Positions 48,278 through 56,708 of a DNA stretch of 64,000 bases are shown here, piece after piece. The first letter of the stretch is position 1; every line of letters starts with the position of its first letter. The notes under the pieces were generated by a model. That model had not been told where the DNA came from and searched no databases. It saw only the letters and a program-made list of their open reading frames with translations. This DNA comes from Spirochaetia bacterium (GTDB taxonomy: Bacteria > Spirochaetota > Spirochaetia > SZUA-6 > Bin103), in contig OZ241907.1 of NCBI GenBank assembly GCA_965203515.1, positions 1,792,001 through 1,856,000 of the forward strand, in the 5' to 3' direction. The position numbers were made by a program, and so were the translations under genes.

Positions 48278-49005
48278 GCAGGAGGTTCCCACAGCGGGCC
48301 GGTTTCGCCTCGTTTCCAGAAGACGAGGAAATAGGAATGGTTCTTTCTGGCATGTACCTGGCGGACCGTCCGGCTGACGCCGGGGCGATTGTTCCTTACG
48401 ACGACGAACAGGTCTTCGGAGACGAAGCCCAACCGTTCGTAGTCACGCATGATCTCGACGTGCGTGAAGCGCTGTCGATTCGAGCAGATCTCGTCCTGGC
48501 ACTTGACGATGAAGACGCCGCGTTCGCGCAGCACGCGGTACGCCTCCCGGCCGGCGTCCCGATACAGGTCGAGGACCGCTTCGTGATACTTGCTCGCCGT
48601 CCGGTTGCCCGATTCGTTGTTGCGGTAATGCTCCTCGAACGGCCGGTGGGTCGAATGCGCCGTTCCCCCCGGTGAGTGCATGTAGGGCGGGTCGAGGACG
48701 ACGCAATCGATCTCCCCGTCCCGGTAGGGGAGCGCGCGGCAATCGACGCCTTCCAGGAGATCGGTAGCACGAAGATCGTAGTCTCCCGGATCGACCTGAC
48801 GCCAGAACACGCCCTTGCCGTACGTCACGTCGGCGACGACGCTGCCCGGCTTCACGTACAGGTCCAGGATACGCGGGAACACGTTCTCGTTCCCGTCCGC
48901 GTAGGCGCTCAGCACCAGATCGTTCGTGGCGGCGCCGTTGCGCACCACGCGCTTCCCGTCCCGGAACAGCGGGAGCATGATCTGGATTCCCTTGCGGGTG
49001 ACCAT
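48274..49005 (-). CDS. DNA amino-methyltransferase (N6-A/N4-C)
   Basis: SAM motif ADVTYGKGVFW, catalytic VLDPPY and RVLRERG. Start may be 49005 or 49008. Confidence 0.85.
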   Translation of the reverse strand: MVTRKGIQIMLPLFRDGKRVVRNGAATNDLVLSAYADGNENVFPRILDLYVKPGSVVADVTYGKGVFWRQVDPGDYDLRATDLLEGVDCRALPYRDGEIDCVVLDPPYMHSPGGTAHSTHRPFEEHYRNNESGNRTASKYHEAVLDLYRDAGREAYRVLRERGVFIVKCQDEICSNRQRFTHVEIMRDYERLGFVSEDLFVVVRNNRPGVSRTVRQVHARKNHSYFLVFWKRGETGPLWEPPA

Positions 49006-49112
49006 CATGACTACCTTACTACGAACACGCGCTCCCGCGGCGCTTCTCACCCGCTCGCACGTCGTTTCCGCTCGCGGAGCGGGCGCTCACGTGATAGGGT
49101 CGATTCGTTCCG

Positions 49113-50348
49113 ATGGAGCGAGGACGGCCGGCGGCGACCGGGCAGGCGGCCCGCGTCGAGGCGGCGATCGAGAGCGGCGCGTTGCGCCGGCCGTCGGCGG
49201 AAAGGCCGTCGTTCGTCGACTTGGTGCGCGCCCTCCAGCGCGGTGCGGGAGCGGCGGTCCCCGCCAGCCCGCACAGCGACGCGATCGCCCGGCATCTGTT
49301 CGATCGCGAGCATCTGCTGCTGGTGCTCGTCGACGCGATGGGCATGACCGCCCTCGCCGATCCGGCGTTCGCCGACCTGCGCAACGGCGTACGGATGCAG
49401 CTCGACGCAGTGTTTCCGGCGACGACCGCATGCGCGATGACGACCCTGGCGACCGGCCTGTGGCCGGCGCAGCACGGCATTCCGGGCTGGTGGGCGTACC
49501 TGGAAGAACACGATCTGGAGGTCGCCGTGTTGCGCTTCCGGGAGCGCCGCTCCGGGCGTTCTCTCAACCGGCTCCGGGTGAACGCGGACGACCTGTGGCC
49601 CCATCCGCCGCCCTTCGCGCAGGCGGCGGCGCAGCAGGGCATCGTCTATCACTATCCGCCGGACATCGCCGGCAGCGCCTTCGTCCGCTACCTGAGCGGC
49701 CGGCGGCGCACGCGCGCGTATCGCAGGCTGCGTCAGGCGTCACGCCGAATCGCCCGGAACCTGCGGCGGCGACGGCGGCGCGCGCCCGCCATGACCTGGT
49801 GGTACATTCCCCACTACGACAGCGCCTGCCATGAGTACGGGGTGGCGAGCGCCAAGGCGCGCGAGCTGCTGGCTGACATCCAGGGGCTGCTGTTGGAGCT
49901 GGCCGCGGCGGTGCCCGACGACGTGCGGATCGTGCTGACCGCCGATCACGGGCAGTTCGACCTGGAGCGCCGCGACCGGTGGCCGCTCTTCGACGGCGAT
50001 CCCGTGCTCGACTGCCTGCGCGCCGCTCCGACCGGCGAAGGCCGCACGCCCCACTTTCACGTGCGGCCGGGCAAGGAGCGCGAACTGGTGGAACGGGTCA
50101 CCGACCGCGCCGGCGAACGGATGGCGGTGCTCAGTCGGCAGGAGGCGGAAGACCTGCGCCTGTTCGGTCCCGGCCCGCTCGGCGAGCCGGCGCGGCGGCG
50201 GTTCGGCGATTACGTCGGCATCGCGCTGGCGCCGTTCAGCGTCTCCTGGTGCGCGTCCGCCGATGCGCCTCAGCTCCGGTACGTCGGGGCGCATGGCGGC
50301 ATGACGCCGGACGAGGTGCGGATTCCCCTCATCGTGCTGGAGCGATAG
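49113..50348 (+). CDS. Alkaline phosphatase superfamily (nucleotide pyrophosphatase/phosphodiesterase) protein
   Basis: VLVDAMG, FPATT…TG-P-QHG, D-x-x-x-H-YG, TADHG and GAHGG motifs. Confidence 0.88.
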   Translation: MERGRPAATGQAARVEAAIESGALRRPSAERPSFVDLVRALQRGAGAAVPASPHSDAIARHLFDREHLLLVLVDAMGMTALADPAFADLRNGVRMQLDAVFPATTACAMTTLATGLWPAQHGIPGWWAYLEEHDLEVAVLRFRERRSGRSLNRLRVNADDLWPHPPPFAQAAAQQGIVYHYPPDIAGSAFVRYLSGRRRTRAYRRLRQASRRIARNLRRRRRRAPAMTWWYIPHYDSACHEYGVASAKARELLADIQGLLLELAAAVPDDVRIVLTADHGQFDLERRDRWPLFDGDPVLDCLRAAPTGEGRTPHFHVRPGKERELVERVTDRAGERMAVLSRQEAEDLRLFGPGPLGEPARRRFGDYVGIALAPFSVSWCASADAPQLRYVGAHGGMTPDEVRIPLIVLER

Positions 50349-50350
50349 CC

Positions 50351-52294
50351 ATGCGCGAGGTACCGGTCGATCCGACGCCGCGGACCGTGCCGGCGTCCGG
50401 CGGGGGCCGATGACCCTGCTGCCGGCGCCGCAACGGCTCCGGATCGACGGCGGCGGGCATCGGCGCGGCGGTTCGAGACGCGATCGCCGCGGCCGGCGCG
50501 GCGTGGCGGCTCACCGAGCGCGGCGGCTCGGGACCGGAGATCGGCGCCGCGGTGGCGGTCGATCCGGCGCGGGCGAGCAAGCCGCAGGGCTACCTGCTCA
50601 CCGTCGGCCGCGAGCGCATCGACATCGTCGGCCATGACGAGGCCGGCGCCTTCTACGGAGCGATGACGCTCCGCCAGATCGCCCGTCACGCGCAGGGCGG
50701 CGTCCTGCCGTGCGTGCGAATCGCCGACTATCCCGACATCGCCCACCGCGGCCTCATGCTCGACGTCAGCCGCGACCGGGTACCGTCCATGGCGACCCTG
50801 TACCACCTGGTCGATCTGCTCAGCGAGTGGAAAGTCAATCAGCTCCAGCTCTATACCGAGCACACCTTCGCCTACCGCAACCACCGGGAGGTGTGGGCCG
50901 GCTGGTCGCCGATGACCGGCGAGCAGGTGATCGACCTCGACGCCTACTGCCGCGAGCGCTATGTCGAGCTGGTGCCGAATCAGAACACCTTCGGCCACCT
51001 GGCGCGCTGGATGATCCATCCCCGCTACCGCCCCTTGTGCGAGGACGACGATCCGGCGGTCTTTCACCCGCACCGGGGCGTGTTCGGCACCCTGTGCCCG
51101 ACCGATCCCGGGTCGGTCGCGCTGGTCGACGAGCTGCTGGAGGAGTTGCTGCCGCACTTCACCAGCCGGCAGGTCCACGTCGGCTGCGACGAGGCGCGCA
51201 TCGGCATGGCGCGGACGCGCCGCGTCGTGGCGGAGCGCGGCAAGGGGCGCGTCTACCTCGACTACGTCCGCCGGGTGCACGAGCTGGTGCGCCGGCGCGG
51301 CCATACGGCGCAGCTCTGGGGCGACCTGATCATCGACCACCCGGAGCTGGCCGCCGAGTTGCCGGACGGCGCGGTCCCGGTCATGGAGCACTACGCCGCC
51401 GGCGCGCCGTTCGACACCTACGGCGAGACCTGCGCGCAGGCCGGGCTGCGGTTCTACCTCTCGCCGGGGATCAATTGCTGGAACACCCTCATCGGCGATA
51501 CCGCCACCGCGCTGGCCAACATCCGCCGCGCCGGTCGGAGCGCGGCGCGCCACGGCGCGGCCGGCCTGCTCAATACCGACTGGGGCGACAACGGGCACTG
51601 GCACCATCTGCCGGTGGCGTTGCCGGGCTACGCCTGTGGAGCGGCGGTCGGCTGGGCGCCGGAGCCGAACTCGGACCTTGACCTGCCGGCCGCCCTGGAC
51701 GCGCACGCCTTCCATGACGCCGCCGGCGTGATGGGGCGGCTGGTATGCGAGCTGGGCGAGGTGTCGCGCTGCCACGAGGCGCTGATCGGCACGCACGGAC
51801 CGCTGCCGGCGTGGATCCTCATCGGCCTGCCCGGCTTGGTGGAACAGCTCGCCGGCCTGTCCGCAGCGGCGCTCGGCATGGCCGAGGAGCGTCTGGAACA
51901 GGCGATGGCGCCGCTCGCCGCGGCGCGCATGGACCGGCCGGACGCGGAGACGATCGCCGCGGAGTTGCGCAACGGCGCCGGCCTCTACCGCCATGCGCTG
52001 CGCCTGTGGGCGGCGCGGATGCGGACGCACGGCCCGGCGGTGGCCGCGCGGCCGCTGGCGAGCGATGCGGAGGTGTGGCCGCGGCGTACGATCGACGCGG
52101 AGTACGCCGCGCTGCCGGCGCGCGCGCGGGCGGCCCTGAAAGCGGAGCTGGCGCCGCTGGTCGACGACTTCCGGCGGCTCTGGCTGCGGCGCGCTCGCCC
52201 CGGGGGGCTTGCCGACAGCACGGGCCGATTCGAACGGTTGCTCGCCGCCTACCGCGGGGATGCCAACGACCCGCTATCATCCGTTGCGCCGTGA
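50351..52294 (+). CDS. GH20 family hexosaminidase-like protein with disrupted 5' end (frameshift(s) at about 50405-50458)
   Basis: The body (50459-52294) has QGYLLTV, IADYPD-RGLMLDVSR, NQLQLY-EH, NQNTFGH, HVGCDE and TDWGDNGH. The N-terminal segments are split across frames, so the true start is uncertain. Confidence 0.75.
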
Positions 52295-52953
52295 GCGACT
52301 TTCCCAGTGTCCGACTGTTCCTGATCCGTCATGCGCAGGCCCGCAATGCGGCCGGCGCCAGTTATGACGACGCGTCGCTGTCGGCGGTCGGCCGCCTGCA
52401 GGGTGACGCCGTTGCCGGCGCCATCGCCGCGCGGCAGCCGGACGCGCTCTTCGCAAGCCCCGCGGCGCGGGCCCGGCAGACCGCCGATCTGATCGCGAGG
52501 GCGGCCGGCCTGCCGGTAACGGTCGATGAGCGCTTGCGCGAGTTCGTCTTCGGCAGCATCTCCGACCCCGGCCTCACGCTGGAGCAGCTCCGCGAACGCC
52601 GCGACGATCTCCTGGCGTGGCGTCCGGACCGGAGGCTGGCGGCCGATAGCGATACCCCGCGCGAGTTCGCCGTCCGCGTCAAGGCGGCGCTCGACCAGAT
52701 CGTCACGCGCCACATCGCCGAGCGCGTGGTCGTGGTCGCCCACGCGGGGACCATCGACATCGCCATGAACTGGGCGATGGGCGTCGATCCGGGCACCCCC
52801 GTGATGCACGACTTCCCGATCGCCAACGCCAGCATCACCGAGCTGATACACTGGCCGCACGGCCGTATCGCCGGCGGCTCCCCGCGCTATACCGAATTCG
52901 TGAGCGTCGGATCGCTGGCGCACGTGCCGCCCGAGGTTCGTAGCGGCAACTGA
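52291..52953 (+). CDS. Histidine phosphatase (phosphoglycerate mutase) family protein
   Basis: LIRHAQ, SP--RA-QTA, LRE, VVAHAG and NASIT motifs. Confidence 0.88.
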   Translation: MSDFPSVRLFLIRHAQARNAAGASYDDASLSAVGRLQGDAVAGAIAARQPDALFASPAARARQTADLIARAAGLPVTVDERLREFVFGSISDPGLTLEQLRERRDDLLAWRPDRRLAADSDTPREFAVRVKAALDQIVTRHIAERVVVVAHAGTIDIAMNWAMGVDPGTPVMHDFPIANASITELIHWPHGRIAGGSPRYTEFVSVGSLAHVPPEVRSGN

Positions 52954-52969
52954 GCCGGATGCGACGACG

Positions 52970-54220
52970 ATGCAATTGAAGTCTCTCACGCTGACCAATT
53001 TCCGAGGCATTCAAGATCTGAGGCTCGAGTTTTCGGAGCAGGTCAACGTGTTGTTGGGAGTCAACGGAGCCGGCAAGACCGCGATCCTGGACTGCGCGGC
53101 GATCATGCTGTCGCGTCTCATCGGGCGGATCCGCTCGACCCACGGTACGGGGCGTTCCTTTACCGACTACGACATCAGCAACGGCATCTCCGAGACTCGA
53201 AACGAGATCGACCTGGCATTCCAGGGAAGGTCCTGCCAATGGCGTGTTACGAAAACTCGAAGAGGACGCAAACGACAAACCATAACGAGATTGGAGGAGA
53301 TCAAGGGGCTCGTTGATCTGATCTATTCAGAGCTCGAGAAAGACGACTCTGCAAGCTTACCGATCGTGATCTATTATCCCGTCGATCGGGCAGTAGTGGA
53401 TATTCCGCTGCGTATCCGAAACAGGCATCCATTCGATCAACTTGCAGCTTACGACCAGGCGTTGTCGGGAGATCGGAGAGACTTCCGGACGTTCTTCGAG
53501 TGGTTCAGGGATCGTGAGGACTTGGAGAACGAACAGCGCCTGGATAGCCCCTCGTTCCGTGATCGTCAATTGCAGGCGGTAAGACTGGCAATCGAACGCT
53601 TGCTTCCCGGTTTCACCGGTCTCACGGTAAAGCGGAGGCCATTGTTGCGCATGGTAGTATTCAAACAAGAAGAAGAGCTGATCGTCAACCAGCTTTCCGA
53701 CGGAGAGAAGTGCGCTCTGGCGATGATCGGAGACTTGGCGCGGAGAATGGCGATAGCGAATCCGGCCTCTGAAGACCCTCTCCACGGCAAGGGCATCGTC
53801 TTGATCGATGAAATCGACCTGCATCTTCATCCCGGCTGGCAGCGCCGAGTCGTTACGGCCCTGCAGGACACCTTTCCCAACTGCCAATTCCTGGTATCGA
53901 CCCATTCCCCGCAGGTAGTCAGCCACATCAAGCCGGAACGTATTTGGATGTTGGAGCGGACCGAGGCGACGGTCAGTGCCAGCCGTCCGGTCGAATCATA
54001 TGGCCAGACAACGGGAAGCATCCTGGAAGACATAATGGAAGTGCCCGAACGTCCGCAGGAAATAAAGGACCAACTGAGCAGTCTGTTTTGGGCCATACAA
54101 GACGAAGACTTGGTAACGGCAAAGAAGCTGCTGGCTGAGCTGCGCAATACTATCGGCAGAGACCAAGAACTGGTAAAAGCCAGAGTTCATATTCGCAGAA
54201 AAGAGACTATAGGAAGATGA
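52970..54220 (+). CDS. ptuA: Septu-type ABC ATPase (PtuA-like)
   Basis: LTNFRGI, GVNGAGKT, QLSDGEK, GIVLIDEIDLHLHPGWQ and STHSP motifs. Lower GC, directly upstream of the HNH gene. Confidence 0.82.
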   Translation: MQLKSLTLTNFRGIQDLRLEFSEQVNVLLGVNGAGKTAILDCAAIMLSRLIGRIRSTHGTGRSFTDYDISNGISETRNEIDLAFQGRSCQWRVTKTRRGRKRQTITRLEEIKGLVDLIYSELEKDDSASLPIVIYYPVDRAVVDIPLRIRNRHPFDQLAAYDQALSGDRRDFRTFFEWFRDREDLENEQRLDSPSFRDRQLQAVRLAIERLLPGFTGLTVKRRPLLRMVVFKQEEELIVNQLSDGEKCALAMIGDLARRMAIANPASEDPLHGKGIVLIDEIDLHLHPGWQRRVVTALQDTFPNCQFLVSTHSPQVVSHIKPERIWMLERTEATVSASRPVESYGQTTGSILEDIMEVPERPQEIKDQLSSLFWAIQDEDLVTAKKLLAELRNTIGRDQELVKARVHIRRKETIGR

Positions 54221-54227
54221 CTGCTCA

Positions 54228-54827
54228 ATGAAGCATATCGTGAAGAACCAGGAGCCGCAACAGTTCTCGGACTGGAAGATGAACGATAAGATGGCCCATC
54301 GACCCAACTGGAATCGGGTAGACGGGGCAACCAAGACGGTGATTCACGATGCCCTGATGGACGAGCAAGGACATATTTGCTGCTACTGTGAATCACTGGT
54401 CACAAGTGACAGTAGTCATGTGGAGCACTTTCGACCTAGAAGGACATATCCTCATCTTCAGCTCGACTACTCGAACATGCATTGCTCGTGCTTGCTAGAG
54501 CCATCATCGGGAGAGCCGGTTCACTGCGGTCATAAGAAAGGTAGCTGGTTCGACGGACAATTGTTTATTTCTCCTCTGCATGAGAACTGCGACAAACGGT
54601 TCAGATTCAATGCCAGAGGAGAAATAGCTCCTCGCCGTAGCGATGACTTGGCGGCTGCGACGACTATCAGCAGGCTTGGGCTTGATCTACCGAAACTGAA
54701 TCGTCTACGGGCGGCCGCCGTGGATGACCTGCGGGATTTGTCACCGACGGAGATCGAGGCTCGGCTTGTCAGAGGACCAGATGGATTCCTGGAGTTCTTC
54801 ACGACTATCGAAGACGTTCTGCTGTAG
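54228..54827 (+). CDS. ptuB: Septu/retron-associated HNH endonuclease (PtuB-like, TIGR02646-like)
   Basis: MKHIVK, EQGHICCYCE, HVEHFRP, LDYSNMHCSC, HCGHKK and LGLD--KLNRLR motifs. Confidence 0.85.
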   Translation: MKHIVKNQEPQQFSDWKMNDKMAHRPNWNRVDGATKTVIHDALMDEQGHICCYCESLVTSDSSHVEHFRPRRTYPHLQLDYSNMHCSCLLEPSSGEPVHCGHKKGSWFDGQLFISPLHENCDKRFRFNARGEIAPRRSDDLAAATTISRLGLDLPKLNRLRAAAVDDLRDLSPTEIEARLVRGPDGFLEFFTTIEDVLL

Positions 54828-56082
54828 CCGCGGGACGCAGGGGCCGGGCAGCGCGGCGGCGGCGCAGATCCTTCAGCAGCGATCCCAGGGCGGCCAGCGC
54901 CAGGAGCAGCGACCCGCAGAAGATGAATACCTCCAGGGCGCGCACCGGACCGATCAGGACCGCGCCGGCCGCCAGCGCCGCGACGGCGCCGGCGGTGGTC
55001 CACTCGGCCGCGCCGAGGCGGCGGATGCTCACCACGTAGACGCGCATCGCCAGGAAGCAGGTCAGCCAGACGGCCAACTCCCCGAACAGCAGCCGCGCGC
55101 CGGTCAGGCCGGAGCCGGCGTCGACCGGCGGCGCAATCGCCCCAGCGGGAACGACGATGCGCCGCGCCGCTTCCAGCAGGCCGGGCGCCTCGGCCCCGCT
55201 CCGTCCGACTGAGCCGAAGGCCGTCAGGATCGCCTCCACGGCGGCGGCCATCACCACCACCGCCAGCGTCATCGGCAGATGCAGGTAGGCGAGTATCTGC
55301 CCGCCGCCCACGCGCTGGCGCAGCTCGTCGCGGTCGAGCAGGCGGAAATAGAACCACCAGATGCCGACCGGCAGGGCGAATCCGATCATGAAGCCCAGCC
55401 GCGCCGCTTCGGCATGCACGGCGCCCACCACCACGCCCCGCACCGCCTCGCCCAGGACGATGATGGTGAACAGCCCCAGCCGTTCGGGGAGATGATGCGG
55501 GTTCGCGGGCCAATGGCCGAGCCTGGACACGGCCAACAGGGGCGCCAGAATCTCCGCTCCGATGGCGGCCAGGTAGAGCGGCCGGCGCCACTCCACCGCC
55601 AGCCACTCCTGCGCTCCCCAGGCGACCGCCGACACCGCGAAACCGACCAGCAGGAACCACGTGAAGCGGCGTGCGGCGGGAACCCGGAAATGCGCTTCCA
55701 GGTAGAGCAGCGCCAGCACCGCGCGCGCCGCGAACTGGGCGCGGGTGAAGGAGGCCGCCTGTTCGTCCATACCGGACTGCACGAACACGGCGGAGCCCGC
55801 CAGCGCAAACATCAGGAGCAGCGTCAGCATCGTCTGCAGGATGCTGCCGTCGTCGAAGCGGGTGGCGTAGGTCGTGTGTCCGGCCCACACCAGGAACAGC
55901 GGCAGGTAGAGCGCAGCAACCTGACCCAGCGTGTCCGCGTCGGGATGAGCTGCCAGGTGGTGCGTGAGGCCGGCGATGTTGATGACGAAGATCAGGTCGA
56001 AGAACAGCTCGAGCCAAGTCGCCGACCGGCCCTCGATCATCCGCCCGCCGTTGCCGCCGCCGTCGCTCAGAGGTTCAGCCAA
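54805..56082 (-). CDS. ltrA: Low temperature requirement protein A (LtrA) family membrane protein
   Basis: ATWLELFFDLIFV, HLPERLGLFTIIVLGE, WWFYF and YLHLP motifs. Start may be TTG 56082 or ATG 56040. Confidence 0.85.
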   Translation of the reverse strand: MAEPLSDGGGNGGRMIEGRSATWLELFFDLIFVINIAGLTHHLAAHPDADTLGQVAALYLPLFLVWAGHTTYATRFDDGSILQTMLTLLLMFALAGSAVFVQSGMDEQAASFTRAQFAARAVLALLYLEAHFRVPAARRFTWFLLVGFAVSAVAWGAQEWLAVEWRRPLYLAAIGAEILAPLLAVSRLGHWPANPHHLPERLGLFTIIVLGEAVRGVVVGAVHAEAARLGFMIGFALPVGIWWFYFRLLDRDELRQRVGGGQILAYLHLPMTLAVVVMAAAVEAILTAFGSVGRSGAEAPGLLEAARRIVVPAGAIAPPVDAGSGLTGARLLFGELAVWLTCFLAMRVYVVSIRRLGAAEWTTAGAVAALAAGAVLIGPVRALEVFIFCGSLLLALAALGSLLKDLRRRRAARPLRPAATAERLR

Positions 56083-56086
56083 CTTT

Positions 56087-56380
56087 TCAGCGTTGCGGAG
56101 TGGCGATCGGCACTTCTTCTTCGATCGCGCGGCCTCGTGCGCTCTCGACGACCGATACGTCGTACCTGCTCTGCAGATTCATCCATAGCTCGGGGCCGGT
56201 TCCGAAGTATCGGCCCAGGCGCAGCGCCGTGTCCGCGGAAACCGCGCGTTCGCCGCGCAGAATTGCCGTGACCCGGTTGGCGGGGACGCGGATGGCGAGC
56301 GCGAGTCCGCTTGCGCTCATCTCCCTGGCCTGCAACTCCGCCCGCAGGACGCTACCGGGATGCGTTCTCACTCTTCCCAT
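56087..56380 (-). CDS. higA: HigA family antitoxin (HTH)
   Basis: HPGSVLRAEL, G-RAVSADTALRLGRYFGT and WMNLQSRYD motifs. Confidence 0.92.
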   Translation of the reverse strand: MGRVRTHPGSVLRAELQAREMSASGLALAIRVPANRVTAILRGERAVSADTALRLGRYFGTGPELWMNLQSRYDVSVVESARGRAIEEEVPIATPQR

Positions 56381-56640
56381 GACGATGATCTCTCCTCGGG
56401 ATTACCTCGAAACGTGATTCGCCATCGCAAGTTAACCGTCATCGCCCAAGCTCCTTGCCGGGAACCGGTGAGTCGATGAAGTCGGCTCCCCTGCAGTCTT
56501 CGAAGCGGCTCAAGTGACGTTGCAGCATCAAGTGTGTCCAGGAGCATCGAGGCCCGCTCATAATCGAGGCCGCGAAACCCACGCCGTCGGTCGTCCTCGA
56601 ACAGCCGGCGTGTCCTCCCGTCGTCGAAGGACCGGATCAT
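56368..56640 (-). CDS. higB: HigB (RelE-like) toxin with aberrant, probably truncated C-terminus
   Basis: MIRSF…LDAA…LHRLTGSRQG-W--TVN-RWRITF, but the usual final EIVDYH-type strand is missing. Confidence 0.75.
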   Translation of the reverse strand: MIRSFDDGRTRRLFEDDRRRGFRGLDYERASMLLDTLDAATSLEPLRRLQGSRLHRLTGSRQGAWAMTVNLRWRITFRGNPEERSSSWEE

Positions 56641-56646
56641 TGAAGA

Positions 56647-56676
56647 ACGATAGAAAACTCAGCATGGTTACGTCAA
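56647..56676 (-). promoter_or_regulatory. higBA promoter (probably leaderless)
   Basis: Minus strand reads TTGACG-18 nt-TATCGT-6 nt-ATG. Confidence 0.6.
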
Positions 56677-56708
56677 GTCTCCAATTGTACTGGATTTGCC
56701 GTGTGACA

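Noticed and set aside
50411..50413. Selenocysteine or stop read-through joining 50351 to the GH20 body
   Set aside because: The read-through segment (PCCRRRNGSGST) is not GH20b-like, whereas the alternative frame is. Indels explain it better.
52954..54827. Retron
   Set aside because: There is no reverse transcriptase (no YADD-type ORF) and no space for the ncRNA next to ptuAB.
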